Shown here piece by piece: positions 55,701 through 64,000 of a stretch of 64,000 nucleotides of DNA; the first letter of the stretch is position 1, and every line of letters starts with the position of its first letter. The position numbers and the translations under genes were made by a program. This DNA is from Octopus sinensis (lineage: Eukaryota), in assembly GCF_006345805.1 (NCBI RefSeq), contig NC_043004.1, forward strand, positions 80,724,001-80,788,000, read 5' to 3'. The notes below the pieces were generated by a model. It was not told the origin of the DNA. It made no database searches and was given only the letters and a program-made list of their open reading frames with translations.

Positions 55701-56157
55701 TTGCTCTCTACATGTCGGCTGAGTTTACCATTCTCTTTTCAGTTATGTTACTTGCGTCTGAGATAAATCATTATCATCATCATCATCATCATCATTATCT
55801 TGTTAAGTTTATTACGTATAACGCAGTATTCATCTTTTGTCTACAGACCCAAACACACACACACACACACATACACAAGTATACTTTAGCCTATCATTAT
55901 CCATACATTGTGTAATACACACAGATATTCATACATGCCCACACAGAAACTCACACACACACACACATGCTCTCAGTATTCCTTTTAGTTCTTCCTCAAT
56001 AATTTTCTTATTCTGGTTATTAACTTCAGCATTAATGCTGTTGTTGCTGTTGTTGTTGTTGTCTGTTGTCATCATTGTTACACGTTTCTGTTCAATATCC
56101 CAATCACTCTGCATCTCTCTAATAAACATGTCTTCCACTCTTTTTTTTTACTTCCAG

Positions 56158-56263
56158 ATATCAGCAGATAACTTCGAAATACCACAGTCCCAACATCCGT
56201 GTCAGTTTTGTCAACGACAGAAACATTATGTCTCTCAAAGATAAGTTATTACACATTCAGCAG
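56158..56263 (+). CDS. Glypican (GPC3/GPC5/dally-like) internal exon: x|YQQITSKYHSPNIRVSFVNDRNIMSLKDKLLHIQQ
   Basis: Seen: acceptor ttttttttacttccag|, donor CAG|gtaaga, 106 nt (phase 2 to phase 0), open only in this frame. Knowledge (recalled): resembles the GPC3/GPC5 segment R|YSQ...NPEV.V...QIIDKLKHINQ, including exon borders. Confidence 0.85.
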
Positions 56264-56795
56264 GTAAGATTTCTTTGAATTACACAATTTCTTTCATTCT
56301 CAGAAGAACTGGAATACACAAAATAAACACACAAAGTTGTATGGCATAAGGGTGCAGCAGAAAAATCTCCCATCTTTTGTATGGCTATTGCCAAGATTCT
56401 ATTAAAGTTAGGCAGGTGACAATGGTGTTTTCATATTGTTAGTGCTTTACCATTTCTGGTATATTATTATAATTTATGGTAGACCCATGATAGTGATCAA
56501 TATGACAGACCCAGAAAGATTTGGTGTCCCTTTGCCTTACCTTTGGTATCGTAGCAGCCAGTAGTACAAAGTACAGCAGAAAATCCTCCCATGTTTTGTA
56601 TGGCTGTTACTGTGGCGCTAGTGAAGTTAGGCTTATGATAATGGAGTCTTCAAGTAGCCTATATTTTATTGTTTGTTTTTTTTCATTAATTTTGTTTTTC
56701 ATGCATTTGCCATTGAAATATTTTGTCAACCTGTAAAACTGCTGCTTCTTGTAAAAAAAAATCTGAACTTACCTAGCTAAAAGTTCTATCTAGAG

Positions 56796-57677
56796 CAGCA
56801 TTTCTCAACCAGGGTTCTGCAAAAGGTTCCTAGGGGTTTCGTGAGATAAGCCAATGCTAATTTCATGATTGTAATATTACCATACATGCACAACATGTTA
56901 TTGGTTATTGTGATATAGATATCATCCTATATAACCTGTTGTGTTATAAAAAAAATATAACAGCTATACATATATATTTATATGTGTGTATGGTGTATGT
57001 GTATATATATATATATGGTGGCTGCCCCCTCGTTATCGAGTATGGCCATTGCACGAAGCTTAATCAATGTTGTTATCGTGCAGTGCCTGTGCAAGATTTT
57101 TTTTAAAGTGAGGAAAGGCTGTGCACTGAGTCAATCCCACTCACTAAGCAACAGCAGCCATAATCCGAAAAGAAGAACTAGTCAACATCATCGGTAACCA
57201 CTGAGCCGCAGGTTTTATGTCGGAGTTATCCCAGTTACCTGAGTTACCTTCTCCTAGAAGGATGCCCTAACAAATGCTAGGAGTCCTTCACTCCCAATGG
57301 TTTAACCGCGCGATCAGGTATTCAGTCCGATTATTTCTGTGTCCCCGCACATGATACAGCCTTAAGACATTTATTAGATGGCCGTTGACTCTCAAGAGTT
57401 CCTCCGACCTTTGACGGGTTTTGTTTTTCATCCCGCAGGGTGTCCAATAAGCACCCTCCTCACCAAGCAAGCTTTGTGGGGTTGCCGGTTTAGTCGCCGA
57501 TGACCCGACCATGCAACAGGTTATACTGGATTGTGTGTGTGTATGATATTTACCAAGTGAGCTACGATCAAAAAATATGAGAAAGACATGGTGTATAATG
57601 TCTTTTGTGCAAGGATTCCTTGAGATATGTAATTCATTTTAAGGGCTTCACAAGGGTAAAAAGTTTGAGAAACACTG
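56796..57677. mobile_element. hAT/Charlie-like non-autonomous DNA transposon carrying a nested insertion
   Basis: Seen: TIRs CAGCATTTCTCAACC / GTTTGAGAAACACTG. The 8-bp flanks atctagag / gtctcgag (6/8 identical) fit the Charlie NTCTAGAN target. Confidence 0.75.
57016..57530 (-). mobile_element. Short RTE-derived non-autonomous element (5' UTR-like part joined to a 3' end), nested in the hAT MITE
   Basis: Seen: GC-richer 515-nt insert containing tagggcatccttctaggagaaggtaactc and taaaacc, which resemble recalled RTE 5' UTR motifs. TA/TG tail and a weak low-complexity TSD tgtgtgtatg. Confidence 0.55.
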
Positions 57678-58485
57678 GTCTCGAGAGAAGTTACCCAGCT
57701 GTGTAAAATGACAGCTGAGGGAGGAAAGGGTGAAAAATACTGAGGGACGCCTGCTGCATGAAACATTTATAGCAAAGTACATATTAACTTATTAGGTTTA
57801 ACAAGTCAAAAAATATCAGTTAGTTGAATTTGCATTGAGGAAAAAAAATTCTTACTGACTTAGTTCTTGCTTTAATGACTTTTTCATTAAAATAACGATT
57901 GGACTTCAAAATTTCTTTAATCTGATTGGTTGTAAAATCCTGTAAATGAATTCCAAACTATGATTTTAAAAAATTCATTTAAATTTCAAAAAATGGAATA
58001 CACACAAATCAGTGAGCTGGCAGAATCATTAGCACGCCAAGCAGAATGCTTATTGGCATGTCATCCAGTTTGGGGTTCTGAGTTCAAATTCTGCTGAGGT
58101 CAGCTTTGCTTTTCATCCTTTCAGGGTTGATAAAATAAGTACCAGTCATGTACTGGGGTTGATGTAATTAATTAGCTCCTCCTCTCAAAATTTCAAGCTT
58201 TGTGCCTATAGTCGAGAACTAAATAGAATTCACGAAGTTGCACACATCTTTTGTCTATCAGATTCTACTTTCCCAAGGTACCACAAAGTAGAGTGAGATC
58301 CTTCTGTGCAAATCAGATATATCCACCCAAAAACTTATGACCCTTTACAGTAACAATTAAAAGATAAAAGATAACCCCTCTCTCTCTCACTCCCTCTCTC
58401 TCTCTCTCTCTCAACACCACCATCTTTTTTTTTTCTTTTGCCTATATTCAAAATCAACATTGCGATTTTGTTTTTGTTTTTACAG

Positions 58486-58633
58486 AATCTAATAAGCCGA
58501 ACTGCTGAAGATGACCAGATGCAAAACGACGCTTATGTCTATCAGGGAAGTGGTGCCAGCATGAATACGTATCGTGATGATGAGGACTTCTTTGCTGGAT
58601 CTGGTAGTGGCAGTGGTTACACCCCCAAAAATG
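58486..58633 (+). CDS. Glypican exon with glycosaminoglycan-attachment region: NLISRTAEDDQMQNDAYVYQGSGASMNTYRDDEDFFAGSGSGSGYTPKN
   Basis: Seen: acceptor tttttgtttttacag|, donor AATG|gtaagt, 148 nt (phase 0 to 1), in frame with the previous exon. Acidic DDED followed by SGSGSG resembles GPC5 DDEDGCGGSGSG (recalled). Confidence 0.9.
58549..58617 (+). other. Predicted heparan/chondroitin-sulfate attachment Ser-Gly sites (QGSG at 58549 and SGSGSG at 58600-58617)
   Basis: Seen: SG dipeptides next to the acidic cluster DDED and aromatic FF. Established: this is the glypican HS-attachment context. Confidence 0.75.
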
Positions 58634-58665
58634 GTAAGTCTTTTTTCTTTTTTGTTATTTTGTGC

Positions 58666-58835
58666 AGGTGGCACGTAAAAAGCACCCACTACACTCATGG
58701 AGTGGTTGGCGTTAGAAGGGCATCCAGCTGTAGAAACATTGCCAGATTAGACTGGAGCCTGGTGCAGCCTTCTGGCTTCCCAGAACCCCGGTCGAACCGT
58801 CCAACCCATGCTAGCATGGAGAACGGACGTTAAAC

Positions 58836-58860
<25 letters not shown>
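58666..58860 (+). mobile_element. Retroposon 3' tail family E (GGTTGGCRTTAGRAGGGCATCCAGC ... GGACGTTAAAC(GAT)n)
   Basis: Seen: starts 33 nt after the glypican donor. Other copies lie near 2085, 4320, 10795, 19475, 23425, 31040, 34900, 39590, 42360 and 49170. Confidence 0.8.
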
Positions 58861-58866
<6 letters not shown>

Positions 58867-58986
58867 ACCCAATGCTTTCGTTTAGCATATATTTACTTGG
58901 CTAATTTCCTACTATACACTTTTGTATCATCATCATCAGCCACTTTACAACTGTCATCATCATCATCATCGTCATCATTATTATTA

Positions 58987-59558
58987 AGGCAGCAAGCTGG
59001 CAGAATATCATTAGCATGCTGGACAAAATTCTTAGCTGTACTTTGTCCTTCTTTGCGTTCTGAGTTCAAATCCCGCTGAGGTCAACTTTGCCTTTCATCC
59101 TTTTGGGGTTGATTAAATAAGTACCAGTTACACACTGGGGTTGATGTAATCGACTTAGTCAATCCCTCCCCACAAATTACAGGCCTTGTGCCTTTAGTAG
59201 AAAGAATTATCATTATTATTATTATTGTTGTTATTATTATTATTACTGTTATTATTATTATTACTACTAGTACTACTATTATTATTATTATTACTACTAC
59301 TATTATTATTATTATTATTATTATTATTATCATCTTGAAGGCTGACAGAATCATTAGATTGTCAGAAAAAAATACCTTACATTATTTCTTGTGACTCTTT
59401 ACATTCCAAGTTCAAATTCCGCCGAGGTTGACTTTGCCTTTTATCCGTTTGAGGTCGATAAATTAAGTACCAGTTATGTTCTGGGGTCAATGTAATCGGC
59501 TGCCCCCCCTCCCCCCAAATTTCGGGCCTTGTCTCTAGAGTAGGAAAAATTATTATTA

Positions 59559-59596
<38 letters not shown>

Positions 59597-59815
59597 GAGG
59601 CTGATGGAATCATTAGATTGTCAGAAAAAATGATGCCTTGCATTATTTCTTGTGACTCTTTACGTTCTGAGTTCAAATTCTGCTCTGGCCAACTTTCCCT
59701 TTCCTTTCATCTTTTCAGAGTTAATCAGAAAAGGCACCTGTCAAGTACTGGAGGGATCGATATCGACTTTCCCCTTCCCCTCAAAATTGGTGCTTTTGTA
59801 CTTAAATTACAGGCT
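58987..59815 (+). mobile_element. Three head-to-tail SINE B copies separated by (ATT)n
   Basis: Seen: copies start near 58987, 59335 and 59597. Confidence 0.85.
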
Positions 59816-60557
59816 ATTATTATCCTTCCAACAATCATCATCATCATCACCATCCCACCCAACTACGATATTACTAAATTTCTTTACTCCCATCTTATTG
59901 ATCTTGTTTAGCCACCTTCCTTCATCCTCGATATCACCATCATCAACATCATCATCATCATCAGTGCACCAATAATACTCATTCTTTCCACTCACCCCCC
60001 CCCATGCTCCAATCAACCAATCCCCATCACCACACTTTGCTATGTTCATCTCATCATCATCGTTGTCATCATAATCATTCTCTTTTTCTTCGTTTTCATT
60101 ATTATTAATATTATCGTTAATTACAAACCCATTATCTCTACTGCCTTCATAATTTGCCTCCGCCTCCTCCTTCATCTAAGCCATCGTCATCGTCATGACG
60201 ACATTTCTGATGCAAATGTCAGAATCTATGTCAAAATGATAGAAGCCTGCCATGCCTCACACATCCATACATGCACACACATCACTCCACACAACACATA
60301 CACTAGGTTACTTGTACACATGCAGACACACACACACAGAGGCCCATGCATCTGCACATACATACACACGTCCACACACTGGTCCTCATAATTTTCAGTT
60401 TACTCACACATATATACTCACATACTGCCCCACCCCACCCCGCCACATTCACACTCATACACCCTCACACACACCATTCTCACATATAAATACAGCGAGC
60501 TGGCAGAAACGTTAGCACACCAGGCGAAATGCTTAGCGGTATTTCGTCTGTCTTTAC

Positions 60558-61370
60558 GCAACACATCCATTCGTTACACATGACCATACCTATTTCTTTA
60601 TTACCCACAAGGGGCTGAACATAGAGGGGACAAACATGGACAGACATAGGTATTAAGTCGATTATATCGACCCCAGTGCTTAACTGGTACTTAATTTATC
60701 GACCCCGAAAGGATGAAAGGCACATGACCATACCAGCGCAGTCGTCTCTCTTGCACACCACATCTGATGTTTCTTAAATCCTACTTTTCCTTCAGGGCAA
60801 TTACACTCTGTCCTGTATGCACACTGACATTACACATCCAGCGGAGCATACTGGCTTCATTCCTTGCAAGCTTACGCATGTCCTCAGCAGTCATGGCCCA
60901 TGTTTCACTGCCATGTAGCATGGCTGTTCACACACGTGCATCATACAGTCTACCTTTTACTCTGAACGAGAGGCCCTATGTCACCAGCAGAGGTAGGAGC
61001 TCTGTGAACTTACTAGTAAGGCTATCCTTACTCTAGCAGCTACACTTTCAGAGCATCCACCCCCCCACTACTAACCTAGGTAATGGGAGCTATCAACTAC
61101 TGGTAGTTTTTTTCCCCTGGAATGTGACGGAAGCTGTTCTCTGCACATTTTCAGTGTTTATTGCCCCTGAGCATTTACCACACACAAAAACTATCTTCGC
61201 AGTTAGCCTCCCTTTGATATTGCTGCACCTCTTATGTGTCCATAGCTTACACTGGGTACGTCTTATAGAGTTTCTACCTACGCCTTTTCTACAGATCGAG
61301 CAGGGCCATCTACCTGAAGGGATTTGTGGTTTGTCTGCCTTCTATTTATTAAGACTTTGGTTTTTGCTTA
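60558..61370 (-). mobile_element. RTE-clade LINE ORF2 fragment (RT end and thumb region) with in-frame PHD finger
   Basis: Seen on - strand: AKTKVL..., WPCSICRKGVGRNSIRRTQCKLWTHKRCSNIKGRLTAKIVFVCGKC, LPVVDSSHYLG, GGGCSESVAARVRIA, KGRLYDARV*TAMLHGSETW, EASMLRWMC, ERRLRWYGHV. Contains stops and frameshifts. Confidence 0.9.
60591..60720 (-). mobile_element. 5'-truncated SINE B with 14-bp TSD inside the RTE fossil
   Basis: Seen: cacatgaccatacc at 60577-60590 and 60721-60734. Confidence 0.9.
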
Positions 61371-61424
61371 ATAATGATTATGATGATGATATATATGTAT
61401 ATATATATATTCAAAATGTGACCG

Positions 61425-61620
61425 CGTATGTACTGTTGGCGATTTCTTTTTCCTCTGTCTTCCCTTCTCTGGATCTTTCCTTCTCCTATGTTTCCAATGA
61501 AGAGCTCTGCTCAAAACGTTAAACCCTCCTTCTTTCCTTCTTTCCTGAGCGTTCAATAATACTATATTTGTTCCACGTCCTCGTGTTGTTGTGTTTTTTT
61601 GTGCTTTCATGTTTGGATTA

Positions 61621-61625
<5 letters not shown>
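61425..61625 (+). mobile_element. Related short repeat with decayed HHR-like motif (61490-61524)
   Basis: Seen: GTTT CCAATGA A GAGC tct GCTC AAAAC GTT AAAC. Stems I and II are intact and the core is mutated. Ends approximate. Confidence 0.45.
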
Positions 61626-61677
<52 letters not shown>

Positions 61678-61726
61678 AATATATTTATAATATATTTATA
61701 ATATACTTTTTATTTTCCTTTTGCAG

Positions 61727-61926
61727 TGCATCCTGATAGCTCAGCCAGCGATGGTTTCACCATAGACAGCACCCCTAGCACAAATCAGTTCGCACCCAAG
61801 CCTAATGGCAACTCTTCTGCTAGAAGTTTGTATAAAGCCACTCGCCACCACTGTTTGGCATTTGCTCTTGCAATCATGATGCTTGCTGTTTCGTATGGCA
61901 GTGGAACTAGTTATCTCTTCAGCTGA
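61727..61926 (+). CDS. Glypican terminal exon: VHPDSSASDGFTIDSTPSTNQFAPKPNGNSSARSLYKATRHHCLAFALAIMMLAVSYGSGTSYLFS*
   Basis: Seen: acceptor tttttattttccttttgcag|, phase 1 joins G|TG = Val. S/T/P-rich stalk, small-residue NSSA, a 15-aa hydrophobic stretch and a TGA stop. Consistent with a GPI-type C-terminal signal. Confidence 0.85.
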
Positions 61927-62159
61927 ACTTTGGTATTGCTCTCTCTCTCTGTATGTGAGACAATTACATAACTGACATCATGATCACATAAAAAAACAAC
62001 AACAACAACAATAATAACTATTATTTTCAGCAACTACGAAAAAAAAATTTTAAAAATGTTAAAAAAAAGAAAAAATCATTAAAAAAATTATTTAGTTGGC
62101 CACCGTCAAACAAAACCACAGATGGCATTTTTCTACCACAAACTAACTATTATTACTAG

Positions 62160-62210
<51 letters not shown>

Positions 62211-62365
62211 GTTATCATTATTCTTATTACGATTCTGAAATATTAAAATATACATGACGAATACAATCTTTTTTTTTTTGTTGATAACAACAATAGCGGA
62301 AAATTCTGGTCATCCTTATTTTATATTATTATTATTATTAATATTATTATTATCATCAATATATT

Positions 62366-63045
62366 AAGGCGACAGGTTGGCAGAATTGTCTTAGCAGCAT
62401 TTCTGCCAGCCTTTTTTTATGCTCTGAATTCAAACACCGCCAAGGTCAACTTTGCCTTTCATCCTTTCAAGGTCGATAAAGTAAGTACCAGTCATGCACT
62501 GGGGTTCATGGAATTGACTTTCCCCCCTTTCTCCACCCCAAACCCCACCCCAAAAAAAAATTGCTGGCCTTGTGCCAAAATTAGAAAGAATAACTATCAA
62601 TAAGGCAGAAAGCTGGTAGAATTGTTAGCACATTTGATGAAATTCTTAGCAGCATTTCCCCCAGCTATATATTCTGAGTTCAAATTCCACTGAGGTCGAC
62701 TTTACCTTTTGTCCTTTCGGGGTCGATAAATTAAGTACCAGCTGCATACAGGGGGTTGATGTAATCGACTTACTCCCTCTCCAAATATTGCTGGCATTGT
62801 GCTAAAATTTTGAAACCATTTTTATTCAGGCAGTGGAACGGCAGAAGCGTTAACATGTCAGACAAAATGCTCAGCATCATTTCTTACAACTTGTTTACGT
62901 TCTGAGTTCAAATTCCACTGAGGTTGACTTTGCCTTTCACCCTTTCAAGGGTCAATAAAATAAAGTACCAGTGATGTACTGGGGTTGATGGCAATCAACT
63001 AACACCCTTTCCCTTGAAAATTGCTGGCCTTGTGCCAAAAAATTA
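62366..63045 (+). mobile_element. Three head-to-tail SINE B copies in the presumed glypican 3' UTR region
   Basis: Seen: copies start near 62366, 62600 and 62828. Confidence 0.85.
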
Positions 63046-63247
63046 AAATCAATATTACTGTTGTTATTATTATTATTATTATCATTATTATGATTATTAT
63101 TATTATTATTATTATTATAACTACTACTGCTACTACTACTATTGATTACTATAATTATAAAACTATTATTCTCATCGAATTTTGAAAGGAATTATGAGTT
63201 TTTTGTATTTTTTTTAAGATTGTGTGACAATGAAGGCATTGAGACAA

Positions 63248-63263
63248 AATAAAATAAAATAAA
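63248..63263 (+). terminator. Possible polyadenylation signal cluster (3 overlapping AATAAA) for the glypican 3' UTR
   Basis: Seen about 1.3 kb after the stop, but it is part of a (TAAAA)n run, so weak. Confidence 0.2.
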
Positions 63264-64000
63264 ACACATGTAAAGAAAAAAAAGAAACTACAAAAATTAC
63301 AGCAAAGAAACAAACAAATAAACATTGTCTCAGGTTTTGACATATTCCTAACGACATGTTTTAATTAATACAACTAATTAATAGGCCCTTGGCTGGCTAT
63401 TTTTCACCTTCATTGTTCAAAATGGCTTGTTCTTTCATTTATATTATCTTTGACATTAAACGTATCTCGATGTATGTGCACAAGTGTGTGTATGCAAGTG
63501 GGAATTGTGTGCGGTGCATGTATGCATCTTTGTGCATTTTTACACATGAGTGTTGGTTTTTCTTTTTTTTTCGGTGAGTCCGTGAATGTATGTACGTGTG
63601 TGCGTGAGCGTGAGAGTGTGTGTATGTGTGTGTGTGTGTGCGGTCTTTGTTCCCTTTCGTAAACCAATGACAGTACTAAGGACTTAACCACCACCAGATC
63701 ACATCAGGGAATGCTGTCCCAAAATAAGTGCACTGCGACAACATGGAAGTAATGTTATATAGTAAATTGGAAAAAAAAATATATATATATAATAATAATA
63801 ATAAAAAAAAAAGTATCAAAAAATTTTTAAAAACTATAACAGCAACAACTACAACAACAATAAGAGATCAAAGGAAAAATCTATAATTTAATAATTGATA
63901 TGTTTGTTTGAACTATGATTGTGTTTAATATATGTATATATACACAGATATGTATATATGTATGTGTATATATATATATATGTGTATATATATATATGTA

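Noticed and set aside
1-64000. miR-92/miR-17-type cluster, suggested by vertebrate glypican synteny
   Set aside because: No ATTGCACTTGTCCCGGC-like mature sequence was seen in a by-eye scan.

Overview
AT-rich, intron-dominated eukaryotic DNA. The SINE families and the very dense (TA)n/(CA)n/(CT)n/(ATC)n microsatellites point to an octopus or other coleoid cephalopod (inference, no database check). Nearly all ORFs in the supplied track are microsatellite artefacts. The one well-supported gene is the 3' end of a + strand glypican of the GPC3/GPC5/dally type. Its three exons (56158-56263, 58486-58633, 61727-61926) have canonical AG/GT sites and splice in frame into a DDEDFFAGSGSGSG heparan-sulfate region and a hydrophobic C-terminal signal. 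I could not find the preceding CWNG exon, so most of the window is probably one very large intron. That region holds at least five tRNA-type SINE families, RTE-clade LINE fossils (one with a PHD finger inside the RT, one that spawned a 28-bp minisatellite), and hAT- and piggyBac-like MITEs. The most interesting signal is a set of hammerhead-ribozyme (HHR) motifs. It includes a tRNA-headed element with an intact minimal type-I HHR core and Penelope-like inverted terminal arms (47812-48116), a palindromic sister copy (30491-30725), a near-perfect fossil type-I HHR (42740-42788, - strand) and a second short HHR-like family (37555, 61490). All structure and family calls are by eye. Repeat boundaries are approximate unless a TSD or TIR is quoted.
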